DNA of 63,878 nucleotides, filler included, from Octopus bimaculoides (Eukaryota), in NCBI RefSeq assembly GCF_001194135.2. It is 8 parts of 6 records of this genome, joined end to end, with 100 filler letters (N's around TTAATTAATTAA, not from the genome) between each part and the next. Parts side by side here need not be neighbours in the genome. Positions count along the whole stretch, not along the records: positions 36,675 to 44,978 come from NC_068987.1; positions 45,079 to 49,955 come from NC_069004.1; positions 50,056 to 56,780 come from NC_068984.1; 5 more parts are not named here. One strand, written 5' to 3'. Under the pieces are notes generated by a model that worked only from the letters and a program-made list of their open reading frames with translations, ran no database searches and was not told where the DNA came from. A program made the translations under genes and the position numbers. Below, piece by piece: positions 39,367 to 51,977 of this stretch; position 1 is the stretch's first letter, and each line of letters starts with the position of its first letter.

Positions 39367-39930
39367 ATAATATAAGGGATAAAATCCAAAATTACAGGTA
39401 AAAACTCAATTAAAATCAATTTATAAAAAANNNNNNNNNNNNNNNNNNNNNNNNNNNNNNNNNNNNNNNNNNNNNNNNNNNNNNNNNNNNNNNNNNNNNN
39501 NNNNNNNNNNNNNNNNNNNNNNNNNNNNNNNNNNNNNNNNNNNNNNNNNNNNNNNNNNNNNNNNNNNNNNNNNNNNNNNNNNNNNNNNNNNNNNNNNNNN
39601 NNNNNNNNNNNNNNNNNNNNNNNNNNNNNNNNNNNNNNNNNNNNNNNNNNNNNNNNNNNNNNNNNNNNNNNNNNNNNNNNNNNNNNNNNNNNNNNNNNNN
39701 NNNNNNNNNNNNNNNNNNNNNNNNNNNNNNNNNNNNNNNNNNNNNNNNNNNNNNNNNNNNNNNNNNNNNNNNNNNNNNNNNNNNNNNNNNNNNNNNNNNN
39801 NNNNNNNNNNNNNNNNNNNNNNNNNNNNNNNNNNNNNNNNNNNNNNNNNNNNNNNNNNNNNNNNNNNNNNNNNNNNNNNNNNNNNNNNNNNNNNNNNNNN
39901 NNNNNNNNNNNNNNNNNNNNNNNNNNNNNN

Positions 39931-39978
<48 letters not shown>

Positions 39979-40409
39979 ATATATATATTGTTTTTGTATT
40001 TGGATTGCAAGATTCTTTATGTGAATTTGTGTGTTGAAGCATATTTTATTGTGTCTGGAGAGAGTCTTTCTCTTTTAGTGCCTTATTACTTAACACACTT
40101 GCCATTTTGATTTCCATTCATTCACTTATCTATTTTTTCTAGAATTTTCGTTGCGTCTTGCAACCTCTTCAATAGTCGTAGACACATGTGTGTGTGTGTG
40201 TTTGTCCCCCAATGCCACTTGACAACTGGTATTAGTGTGTTGCAGTCATTGTAACTTAGAGGTTCAGCAAAAGAATTCGATAGAATAAATACCAGACTTA
40301 AAAAGGTACATACATACATACACACACATACATACATACATACACATAAGTGGTTGCAAAAGGAGCTTCTTAACTCCACAAGCCATACTTGTGTCTGTAT
40401 CATTTTTTC

Positions 40410-40640
40410 CTACAGATTCCTCCTCCGACGTCTGGCAACTGACTTAGTGAACACCCACAAAATTATTAACCATTGCACCAACAACCACTTTGAGCACCTT
40501 TTTTTGAGCTTCATGTGTCTGACACATGTGGACATGTCTACAAAGTCAGAAAACATCACAGCTCCCATTACTTTCAGAAACATTTTTTTGATTTCATTCT
40601 CAGAGTTGCTGAAGCATGGAACAAACAACCTTGCTTGTAT
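40410..40640 (+). mobile_element. CR1-clade LINE 3' fragment
   Basis: Reads LLRRLATDLVNTHKII...CGHVYKVRK...FF..RVAEAWNK with a frameshift, matching the RR..DL..YKI..RGH..K..FF..RV...WN motif of CR1 ORF2 C-termini. Confidence 0.65.
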
Positions 40641-42469
40641 TGTGATGAGATTAATTTACAAACATCACATGGTGTCTAGCCAAGCATACACACACACACA
40701 CACAATAGGCTTTTTTCAATTTCCAATTCTCAAATCCCCTCTGAAGGCTTTGGCTGGTCTGAGGCTATTGTAGAAGACACTTGTGTTAGGTGCCAAGCAG
40801 TGGACCTGAAGCCAAAATCATATGGTTGGGAAGCAGCATCTACACCTGTTCTTGAATTATCAAAGTATTATGTTTGCTCTGACAGGTAAACTAGTCAACC
40901 TGAATCATTTGGCAGCTAAAACAATGGCTTCCATGGCTTTAGTCTGTAATTCTGTTGTCTGCTGATAATTGTGCTCTTGTGATTCAAAACAATAATGGAC
41001 CTCTTTTCCAATGCTTATTCTGTTTTCTAACTTGAAATAGTCTTCTCTCAAATTTTTTAATATTAACATTATTGTTAATGGAATTTCTAACCAGAAAGCA
41101 TTTCATGTCATTTGAGAAAAACTGAATTCCACATCAAAACAATAAAACAAAAAGCTTGAAGACTTCAGTATGTTGAGATTTCATACTGTAGAGGATTAGA
41201 AGATTAAAAGATTAGTAGAGGATCAGAAGATCCAGAATTGGTCTCACTTGCATTGTCTGGGTTTCAAAAGCCAGTTTTGCTGACCATGAAAAATTACATG
41301 TGAAAAGACAGGTAACATGTTTATATGCATGTAGTGCCACCTGTCCTATGCAAAAGTGTGCACATCTTCTGTCAGATTGAAAGCTCATTTTGGACAAATG
41401 CACAAAGATGCAGCCATTGTTTGTTTGTGTCCTTGACCAAATTTGTTGCCACATTTGTCATAATAAAGTTAATAGCAAGTCACAGAAATGTAGGTATTTA
41501 AGAAGTTCTACATTATTGATAATAAAAGAAATACTAACATTTGCCCCTCGCTGCACTGGTCAAACGTTCATTTACTTCTTGCAAGATGTTGTATGAACAC
41601 CACTAAACAACAAACTTTATTGATCTTCTCTAATATATAATATAAAACTTTAACTTCAAGCAGGTGTGAATGTCAGGTAAGAAGCTTGCTTCCCAACCAC
41701 ATGGTCCTAGGTTCACTGCATGGCATCTTGGGTAAGGGTCTTATTCTATAGCTTCGGGCTGACCAAAGACTTGTAAGTGGATTTGGTAGACGGAAACTGA
41801 AAGAAGCCTGTTGTGTATGTGTGTGTGTGTGCATGTCTTTGTGTCTGTATTTGTCCCCCACCACCGCTTGACAATGGGTGTTGATGTGTTTACGTCTCCT
41901 TAACTTAGCAGTTTGGCTAGAGAGACTGATAGAATAAGCGCCAGACTTAGAAAAAAAGTAAGCCCTGGTGTCAGTTCATTGAACAAAAGAATTCTTCAAA
42001 GCAGTGCCCCAGCATGGCCGCAGTCAAATGACTGAAACAAGTAAAAGGTAAAAGAATCATGCAATTAACCAAACATCCTTAGAATTTCTGGCCTTGTGCA
42101 AAAATTTGAAAGTATTGTCGTCATACAATTTGGTGTGACATTATTCTCAGGTCTGTAAGGGTGGCTCAGATGGTAACATGCTGAGCAGTAATTAATTTTA
42201 TTGACAAATTTTATTGATTCAAATCCTGCAATTCAGTTTTGACATTCTATTTTATCTCACTGTTGTTCAGCAGAAAATATTTAGCTGTTCTAGTGCATCA
42301 TCTCGGTGTGCTTAGACACAAATTATTTTTAAGCAATAGAAGTTTATACAGAGACAAGAACTGACGAAAACCCAAGCAGTGTAATGGGCAGAGACGACAA
42401 CAACAGGGGGTTTGCAAGGTAAAAAAAGAGTTATTTTCAAGACCAGTTGGCAGCCATTGATATACTACA

Positions 42470-43555
42470 GTATTTATACACACACATTTGTATATGATAC
42501 ATAAGAGGTGCAGCAATATCAGAGGAAGGTTAACAGGGAAAATAGTTTTTGTGTGGAAGGTGCACAGGTACAATGAATTCTAAAAATGTACAGAAAATAG
42601 ACTCCATCAAATGCCAGCTGGGGGTGGGGGAAGTAGTTGATAGCTTCTGTTACCTAGGTGACCAAGTCAATAGCAAAGGGGGATGCTCTGAGAGTGTAAC
42701 TGTTGGAATAAGAATAGGCTGGGCAAAGTTCAGAGAGCTCCTACCTCTGTGCTAACAGATTCACCAACCTTTATGTAGTTGTCTTTTATTTCATGTGATA
42801 TGTAATTATCTCACTTCTTCTCATCATCCCTTCTATATTTAAGAGATGAGGAATTATATACATTATTTACATTTGACGGATATTTGTCCTCACTCTGTCG
42901 TGCATACACACTGACATTGCACATCCAGCAGAGCATACTAGCTTCATTTCTTTGAAGCCTTTACACGTCCTTGGCTGTCACAGCCCATGTTTCACTGCTG
43001 TGTAGCATAGCTGTTCACGCACAGGCATCACACAATCTGCTTTTCACTCTGAGGGAGAGGCCCTTTGTTACCAAGATGAGGAAAAATATCTGTCAAATGT
43101 AAATAATGCCTAATGTCCCTGGATGGTATGTTCCAACACATCTTCACCTTCACCTCTCTCATTTTCCCTTTCTTAATCTCACTCTCTAACTCATGTCCCC
43201 CCGCCAATTGGGGGTATCTGTATATCTACCCCAGAGAAAGACATCTTTCTCTGTACCTCTATATCTATAATCTTTCAAATGGCACAAAGTCACACCCCTT
43301 TCGATACTATTCCCCCGTCCCAGTTGAGGGTTTTTATCCTGCAAGTTATTTGGTAACCCTGTCAGTGACGGTGCCATGTAAAAGAGCACCCATTACACTC
43401 CATAAAATGGTTGGTGTTAGGAAGGGCATCCAGCTGTAGAAACCATTTCAAAACAGACTATGGAATCTGGTGCGACTCCTGTCCTTACCAGCTCCTGTGA
43501 AACCATCTAATCCATGCCAGCCTGGAAAATGGACGTGAAACGATGATGATGATCA
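42470..43555 (+). mobile_element. Rearranged RTE LINE with an inverted internal segment (42893-43074)
   Basis: The plus-strand RT ends ...KFRELLPL at 42749. The continuation LVTKGLSLRVK..ETWAVT..NEASML.WMCNV is on the minus strand at 42893-43074. The plus-strand 3'UTR and (GAT)n tail are at 43350-43555. Confidence 0.85.
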
Positions 43556-43785
43556 TATATATATATATATATATANNNNNNNNNNNNNNNNNNNNNNNNN
43601 NNNNNNNNNNNNNNNNNNNNNNNNNNNNNNNNNNNNNNNNNNNNNNNNNNNNNNNNNNNNNNNNNNNNNNNNNNNNNNNNNNNNNNNNNNNNNNNNNNNN
43701 NNNNNNNNNNNNNNNNNNNNNNNNNNNNNNNNNNNNNNNNNNNNNNNNNNNNNNNNNNNNNNNNNNNNNNNNNNNNNNNNNNNNN

Positions 43786-43842
<57 letters not shown>

Positions 43843-44845
43843 TAGGGGACACAGGTATGGCTGTGATTTTTTTTCTTGACCATATAGTTTCAGACTCAAT
43901 TTCACTACAAAACGTCCATGATGATTAGATAGATAGATAAAGAGAGAGAGGGGGGAGACAGGGAGAGAGAGAGAGTGGGGAGAGAATGAGAGAGAGAGAG
44001 ATATAGTATGATAGAAGGACGTTCAGAGGAAACGAATGTAAATTGGAAGTTCGTTTATCTTCGCAAAACTGATTGAAAACGTGCAGAGAAATTATTATAG
44101 ATTATAGCTTAGAGACTTACACAGAACAATAAATAGAATTATATATATGTATGTAGCTGCGTTTAATTACATCGGATGTTTTTGAAATCAAACTGAGTGA
44201 TTAGGAAAAAATGTATATTAAAATACAAATGTTAGTCTTTGACTGAGCAATCAAAGGGAGGGAACTCTGATCATCGTCTTTGCTTCCGCAGGAGCGATTG
44301 TCAGGACGATAGTCTTTCGGTATTAGTTGACATAATTCAACCCTCTTTTCCAGCTTAACCTTTTTATTTATGTCATGAGTGAACGTTGTGTGGGTGACTG
44401 ACCTTGTCTACTAATACTGAAAGTCTGCCAGCAATCCTTCGGCAATGGTACACGGCGTCATTCAGCCACTACAACCTTTCCTCATGATATAACGAGGTTA
44501 GGCTGAAAGAGAGGGTGAATGACGCCGTCTTGCACCAACACGCTGTAGACCAATATCGAAGGATCGCCCAACTTTTATCTTTTATGCCTTCTAACATCGT
44601 TGAGTGTTCACTATTATTATATCAAGATGTTCCTGAAAAAAGGAGACATTAAAAAAATCGTCAAATTTTCCCCAAATAACCTTTGTGTGTGTGTGTATAT
44701 TGGTTGTGTGGTGAGAAGCTTGCTTTCCAACCACATGGTTCCGGGTTCAGTCCTACTGCGTGGCACCTTGAGCAAGTGTTCTCTACTATAGCCTCGGGCC
44801 AACCAAAACCTTGTGAGTGGATTTGGTAGACGGTAACTGAAAGAA

Positions 44846-44876
<31 letters not shown>

Positions 44877-44878
44877 TA

Positions 44879-44923
<45 letters not shown>

Positions 44924-45078
44924 TTATCGCCAAGCCAACATGGCAGTCCCAAAATTAGGACGAAAGCTGCCGTGAATTNNNNNNNNNNNNNNNNNNNNNN
45001 NNNNNNNNNNNNNNNNNNNNNNTTAATTAATTAANNNNNNNNNNNNNNNNNNNNNNNNNNNNNNNNNNNNNNNNNNNN

Positions 45079-45430
45079 TTGTATCTAAAGCGTCACCTTT
45101 ACCTTTGTAGCAGTTGACTATGATGCTGCTACACCAGTCATTGGGTATGACTCCTTCGTGTATCACCTGGTTCGTAATACGGGTGACTAGGCTATAGCCA
45201 ACACTGCCAGATATTTTGAGCATCTCTGCAGTGATTCCTGATGGGCCGGGGGCTTTCCCGGTCTTCATACTCTTAATTGCTTTATCTACCCTGGTACTAT
45301 CAACTCGGATAGCTGGTCCCTCTATTGGGTCGACATACGGCAGGCTCTCTTTCTCCCATTCATTCTCTTTATTAAGCAATCTATCGTAGTGGCATCTCCA
45401 GACCTCTTTCTTTGCATCCTCATTTAATTT
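45079..45430 (-). mobile_element. RTE LINE reverse transcriptase fragment
   Basis: Reads AIKSMKTGKAPGPSGITAEMLK..IPNDWCSSIIVNCYKGKGDALD. Confidence 0.9.
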
Positions 45431-46427
45431 ATTGTAGAAAATAACATAATGTAGAACAGAGTAAATTATTCATTACAAGATACTCTACTTATTAAAAGTA
45501 ATCAAACCCGTGTAATATTTGGGGAGTGATAAATATAATTTCCTGTTATTTTGACATCTTTATTTTTTTGACATCTTTATCCTCATACTCTCATTAGCAA
45601 CTTTAATCATGTACATTTTTCAACAATACGTCCAATTGGAAAAAATCAAATATTCATACATACAAACCAAAATGTAATCATCAGAAACTTTACTAAAACA
45701 CCTGCTGTTATTATTGATGGCACAGGTACCCGAGTTGCCGAATAATTCCTATTAAGATCTTATGAGAGTTAAATCCCTTGCTTGTTGTTTTTCGCCTCTA
45801 TAAGGAGTTTCTGTCAACTAATTTTGGGGATAATCTCAGGCCATTGAAGTATGTAAGGTCCTACCATATTTGTTTTAAAATCCAAGACCCTTTATGAAGC
45901 AAAGTTGGCATGGTTACCAGTTTAATTCCCAACAGCTTGACCATGGAGAGATTGTATTGGTTTACATGATTGTCAGCTGCTGATTATTCTCAACCATAGC
46001 ACAACTAGGATTATCATTGATCAGGGACCTCAAAAACATTTTCAGTCTTGACACAGACTCAATTCACTACAAATATTAAGAAAACAATCTTGTACCTAAC
46101 CCTCTCTCTGAACATAACATGCAGCAAGAACTCTCAGAGTCACTATATATGTTGGGTCACATTATCCTGGGGATCCTCAACAAAGCAAAGATTGCATGCC
46201 AAAAAGTAGCTTGTCAAAACCAGAAACTACTTCAGACTTCAAACACAAAGACAGACAGGTTTCATTCATTTTTTGATGATCAAATCCACTCACTGGAACC
46301 ATAGGAGGAGACACTTGCCCAAGATGCCACACCATAGAAGTGAACTCAGAACCATGTGGTTGGGAAGCCATTAATAATTATCAAAACTGTTTACATGGAA
46401 CATTGATGTTTGTCTCCATTTTGGATT

Positions 46428-46484
<57 letters not shown>

Positions 46485-46659
46485 ATGCCTATATACACTG
46501 CTCTGTTTTTTCAAAAAAGCAGAATATTTATTCATTTGAATCCAGATATTTTTTCACTGAATTGTGGCAACATCTGCCTGCGCATACTGTAGTGAAATAA
46601 ATTGGAACCGTGCAGATGTAAACAAACGGTGGCCATTTCCATAAAATAGCAACAATTTT

Positions 46660-48026
46660 ACTGTCCTAAATTATTAGGCAAGTGCCCAGTAAAAGTGTTA
46701 TTATGGGTCAAAAATGTGGCTTAACATCAAATGAGAAGTCCACCATTGTCTCAGAGCTTGGAAAAACAAAAAAGACATTGGAAATATCAAAGATCCTGGG
46801 AAGAGATCATCAAGCAGTGAAGAAACAGTGAAGTCTTCTGCTGTCTGTTCGAGGGCTGACAAGGGTAAATCAAGGGTTGTTTCCAGGTGCACCCTGTCAC
46901 ATATAACAAGGGAAGTTGCGAAGAACACATGTCTGACCAGTCGTGAAGTGTTTAAACATTGTGGCAGGGAAGACATTTCGAAATCTACCAGGTGTTGCCT
47001 CCTGAAGCAGGTAGCCAAGAACGTAAAACCTGTTACGAGGCCCCCTCTGAAAGCTGTTCATAAACAAAATAGAGTCAAACGGGCAAAAGATTACATGGAG
47101 ATAGATTTTTCAAAAGTCCTCTTTACTGATGAATGCTGTGCTACTCTAGACGGACCAGATGAGTGGAGTAAAAGATGGGTTGCAATTAGCAAAATCATCT
47201 TCATCGTTTGAGATGCCAACAAAGGGGAGGCAGAGTCATGATTTGGGCTGGCATCATTCAAGACAAGTTGGTTGGTCCTTGGAAAGTTCCAGACGGAATT
47301 AAGATGACGTTTAATGCCTATGTTGCCTTTTTGGAGGACAATTTGAAGAAGCAGAAAGTTTCAATGCAAGATAATGCGCCCTCCCATGCAGCTAAAAAAA
47401 TCTCTGAAATACCCACAACAATTAGGCTTCTCTGGACACCGTTTGATGAAGTGGCCAGCGTGTTCACCTGACTTAATCCCGATTGAAAATCTATGGAATG
47501 TTCTGAAGAGGAAGATATATCAAGATGGACGGCAGTTTTCAATGAAAGATGCTCTTTGAGAAGCTATTTTGGATGCCTCTGACAGTATTACACCAAATGA
47601 AATAGTTACCTTGACAAATTCAATGGATAAACACGTCAGGGATGTTCTCTCATGTGGAGGATCATACATCCATCATTAAGAACTTTATGACGTCATATTT
47701 CTTGTATTATTTCCATTCAAACATATTATGTTCATTATAAAGTCCGTTATGATTATATCTGTTGTTAAAAATTAATTGTCGCATTAAATAAATGTTTGTT
47801 TTTGCATAATTAGCATTTCTATTAGACCTACCTAATAATTTAGGACGGTAAAAATGATGCCTGTTAACAAAAATGGCCGTTGTTTCTTTATGTCTAGATG
47901 GATCAAATTTATTTTGGTACAGCACATGCAGATGGGTGTTATCATCATGCAGTGGAAAAATATCTAGATTCGAATAAATACTGTTATTGTGAAAACCTGA
48001 GCTGCCTAATAATTTGACATGCAGTG
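46660..48026 (+). mobile_element. Full-length degenerate Tc1 (DD34E) element
   Basis: TIRs containing AAATTATTAGGCA / TGCCTAATAATTT, with CAGTG-TA at the right end. The transposase starts at about 46703 and includes VLFTDEC, QDNAPSHA and WPACSPDLIPIENLW. Frameshifted. Confidence 0.9.
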
Positions 48027-48656
48027 TATGTACTGCATATATATACTACAACATCTCTTAGTCTCACATGATCCTGGGTCTGCTCCTGACAAGTTTTGCA
48101 ACAGTCTTGTTAGTCAAGCAACGTTTGCAATGGTTTTACAGTCCTGTACACTCTAGTGTAGTTAGAGTGTGCGCTACCTGGGGCAGCCCTTGTGTTTGCT
48201 GCCTCTGGACCCCACAAAAGCACAAATTGCTTACAGCAATAGCCTACAACAGGATGAAAAGTACCACCTCTTTAAAAGTGTTGCCCCTTTAAAAGTGCCA
48301 CCCAGGGCAGACCGCTCCCACCCCCTAGCTATGTTAGTGTCTGTACAGGAATGACAGTCCTAGCTGCAGCAATTGCATTTCAAGATTCTGTTTGCATGCT
48401 TTCCTGGCACCGTTTTGTCATCAGTTGCACTCATCAGCAAGCCTCAACTTCTCTTTCCCACTTTTTAACCCTCTGCTTGATTCCAGTCTCTAGTGAGAGA
48501 ACACATTTGCAAATTTGTCCAAATTTTATATTCAATGACATCATGTGTTTCTTAGAGACATCTTTGAAGTGAAGACAGAGTCACCTTGTGTTCTCTGGTC
48601 AGAGGCTGGCTCCTAATACAGCAGACCTTTCATCTAAGCACATAATTCATTTAGGC

Positions 48657-48911
48657 CAGTGGTTCTCAACCAGTGTCCATATGGCCCTTGGAGATCCATA
48701 TAAGATTTTGTTGTTAAAACTTATCTGCAATAAATTGCTTATATTTCTACAATGCACAAAATATTATAATTTTTTATGCAATTCTTAATAATATTTAAAT
48801 ATAAAAATATAGTTGGATGTGTTTTTATATACTCCAAATGGCTATGGGGGTCCATCTGAGTAAAATAGGAATCAAAGGGGTTCAAAGGCAGAAAATGGTT
48901 GAGAGCCACTG
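48657..48911. mobile_element. hAT (Charlie-like) MITE
   Basis: TIRs CAGTGGTTCTCAACC / GGTTGAGAGCCACTG. The 8-bp TSD-like flanks ATTTAGGC and ATCTAAGC match at 6 of 8 positions. Confidence 0.8.
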
Positions 48912-48984
48912 ATCTAAGCCAACTGATAGAGGCATCATATGTAGCTTTTTCTTTTTCCTTTCCCTGATCTCTTTCTGCTTTGCA

Positions 48985-49547
48985 AGTTATTTAACAACCT
49001 GATAAGTGCCAGTGGCATGAAGAATGCACTCAGTATGCCTTGTAAAGTGGTTGGCACTAGGAAGGGTATCCAACCATAGAAATTATGCCAAAAATTGAAA
49101 CTGCAGCCCAAAGTGGCCTTGTGGCTTGGAGCCTCTCAAACAGTCCAACCCAATCCAGCATGGAAAATGGACATTGAATGATGATGATGATGATATATAT
49201 ATATATCATCATCATCATCATCATCGTTTAACGTCCGCTTTCCATGCTAGCATGGGTTGGATGATTTGACTGCGGTCTGGCAAACCAGATGGCTACACCA
49301 GGTTCCAATCTGATTTGGCAGAGTTTCTACAGCTGGATGCCCTTCCTAGCGCCAACCACTCTGAAAGTGTAGTGGGTGCTTTTACGTGCCACCAGCACGG
49401 AAGCCAGACAGTTGCTCTGGCAATGATCACGCTCGGATGGTGCTGTTAGCGCTCCACTGGCACAGGTGCAAGTCATTGAATTTGGTTCGATTTCGATTTC
49501 ACTTGCTCCAACAGGTCTTCGCAAGCAGAGTTTAGTGTCCAGTGAAG

Positions 49548-49550
<3 letters not shown>
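48985..49550. mobile_element. Two RTE-type 3' ends, tail-to-tail around (AT)n
   Basis: A plus-strand copy ends in (GAT)n at about 49193, then (AT)n, then (CAT)n begins a minus-strand copy (CATCGTTTAACGTCCGCTTTCCATGCTAGCATGGGTTGG). Confidence 0.8.
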
Positions 49551-49620
<70 letters not shown>

Positions 49621-50546
49621 GCCATCCAGCCCATGTTAGCATGGAAATTGAATGTTAAATGATGATGGTGATGAAGATGATGATGATGATGATGATGATG
49701 TGTGTGTGTGTGTGTTTATATATATTTTTTTATTCCTTTACTTGTTTCAGTCATTTGACTGTGGTCATGCCAGAGCACTGCCCTTTAATCAAAGAAATCA
49801 ACCCCTGGACTTATTCTTTCTAAGTCTGAGACTTATTCTATTGGTTTCTTAGGCCGAACTGCTAAATTACAGGGATGTAAGCACACCAAGATTGGCTGTC
49901 AAATGATGGTGGAGAGACAAACACAGACACAAACACACAAATATATCCATATATANNNNNNNNNNNNNNNNNNNNNNNNNNNNNNNNNNNNNNNNNNNNT
50001 TAATTAATTAANNNNNNNNNNNNNNNNNNNNNNNNNNNNNNNNNNNNNNNNNNNNGGGGCCACTCGCTTAGATCGACCCCAGTACACAACTGGTACTTAA
50101 TTTCTCGACCCCGAAAGGATGAAAGACAAAGTCGACCTCAGCGGAATTTGAACTCAGAACGTAAAGACAGACGAAATATCGCTAAGTATTTCGCCCGGCG
50201 TGCTAACGTTTCTGCCTTCACTCATTAAAATAATTTTTTAAATATTTAAAATTTATAGATGCATAAATATATAAAAAATATAATAGACAGATATGGGTAG
50301 AAAAACTATACAGATGTATATAAGTATATTTAACATCTTAAAAAGTATACATTGAAGACATTGTCCTACTTACAGATTAAGAGCGTTGTTAAAAAGATAT
50401 TTAATAAATATATTTAAAAATATATATATTTATATATCATAATAATATTAAAAAATAGAAGTGTAAATCCTCGCAAAAAGGTGAATATAAAAATTATTTA
50501 CATTATTTACATTTGACGGGTACTTGTCCCCATCTTATTTGTTGTT

Positions 50547-50592
50547 AACACAACGTTTCGGCTGATATACCCTCCAACATTCATCAGGTGTC
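50547..50592 (-). ncRNA. Second copy of the minimal hammerhead motif (stem II weakened)
   Basis: Minus strand reads GACAC-CTGATGA-ATGTTGGAGGGTATATCAGCC-GAAACGTT-GTGTT. Confidence 0.6.
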
Positions 50593-50796
50593 TTAGGGAA
50601 ATTTCAAACCTGGGTTCTCATTCCTAAGGTATTTTTCGACGTTATTATTATGATTATTATTATTATTATTATTCAGATCACTGCTTGGAATCGAACTCTG
50701 AATCTTGGGGTTTGTAGCTCACTCTCTTAACCACAACGCCATATGCCCGTGGGCATATGGCATAGGAATGAGAACCTAGGTTCGAAATTTCCCCAA

Positions 50797-50842
50797 GACA
50801 CCTGATGAAGGCTAGAGGGTATATCAGCCGAAACGTTGTGTT
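50797..50842 (+). ncRNA. Minimal type I hammerhead ribozyme motif with palindromic stem III
   Basis: GACAC-CTGATGA-A-GGCT(AGAGGGTATATC)AGCC-GAAA-CG-TT-GTGTT. Stem I is GACAC/GTGTT, stem II is GGCT/AGCC, stem III is the palindrome ACGT, and the predicted cleavage follows GUU (50837). Confidence 0.72.
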
Positions 50843-51915
50843 AACAACAAACAAGATGAGGACAAATATCCATGAAATGTAAATAATGTACAGAATTCCT
50901 CATCTCTTAAATATAGAACTGAATAAAGAAATGTTTAAGCATTCAGATGAAAGGCAAATTTTCCAATGATTAGATGGAGGTATTCCAATTTCAAGAATTA
51001 AGATGTTAGATATATTTTTATACATCAGCATATTTTTTCCATCCATATCTGTGTATTATATTTTTATATATTTATGCATCTTTAAATTTTAAATATTTTT
51101 TAAATATTTTAATGAGTGATACATTAAATATATTTTTAATAATTTGCATACACCGGTTTTATGGCTAAGTATTCGCTGCATTATTATTCTAAATCGTTGA
51201 ACCTACCTGAGCACTTCACAGCGCTGTCTGCATAATAAGCAAAATCATATNNNNNNNNNNNNNNNNNNNNNNNNNNNNNNNNNNNNNNNNNNNNNNNNNN
51301 NNNNNNNNNNNNNNNNNNNNNNNNNNNNNNNNNNNNNNNNNNNNNNNNNNNNNNNNNNNNNNNNNNNNNNNNNNNNNNNNNNNNNNNNNNNNNNNNNNNN
51401 NNNNNNNNNNNNNNNNNNNNNNNNNNNNNNNNNNNNNNNNNNNNNNNNNNNNNNNNNNNNNNNNNNNNNNNNNNNNNNNNNNNNNNNNNNNNNNNNNNNN
51501 NNNNNNNNNNNNNNNNNNNNNNNNNNNNNNNNNNNNNNNNNNNNNNNNNNNNNNNNNNNNNNNNNNNNNNNNNNNNNNNNNNNNNNNNNNNNNNNNNNNN
51601 NNNNNNNNNNNNNNNNNNNNNNNNNNNNNNNNNNNNNNNNNNNNNNNNNNNNNNNNNNNNNNNNNNNNNNNNNNNNNNNNNNNNNNNNNNNNNNNNNNNN
51701 NNNNNNNNNNNNNNNNNNNNNNNNNNNNNNNNNNNNNNNNNNNNNNNNNNNNNNNNNNNNNNNNNNNNNNNNNNNNNNNNNNNNNNNNNNNNNNNNNNNN
51801 NNNNNNNNNNNNNNNNNNNNNNNNNNNNNNNNNNNNNNNNNNNNNNNNNNNNNNNNNNNNNNNNNNNNNNNNNNNNNNNNNNNNNNNNNNNNNNNNNNNN
51901 NNNNNNNNNNNNNNN

Positions 51916-51977
<62 letters not shown>

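Larger units (their letters stand above)
50497..50921. mobile_element. Head-to-head pair of a tRNA-headed SINE with a Penelope-like hammerhead tail
   Basis: The minus copy runs from 50748: A box TGGCGTTGTGG, B box GAGTTCGATTCC, (AAT)n, then the tail. The plus copy runs from 50751, has a deleted head, and carries the same tail. The central hairpin is GCCATATGCCC-GT-GGGCATATGGC. Confidence 0.8.
50218..51119. mobile_element. AT-rich MITE-like element with inverted ends of about 120 bp, containing the SINE pair
   Basis: 50218-50341 is the approximate reverse complement of 50999-51119. Confidence 0.7.
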
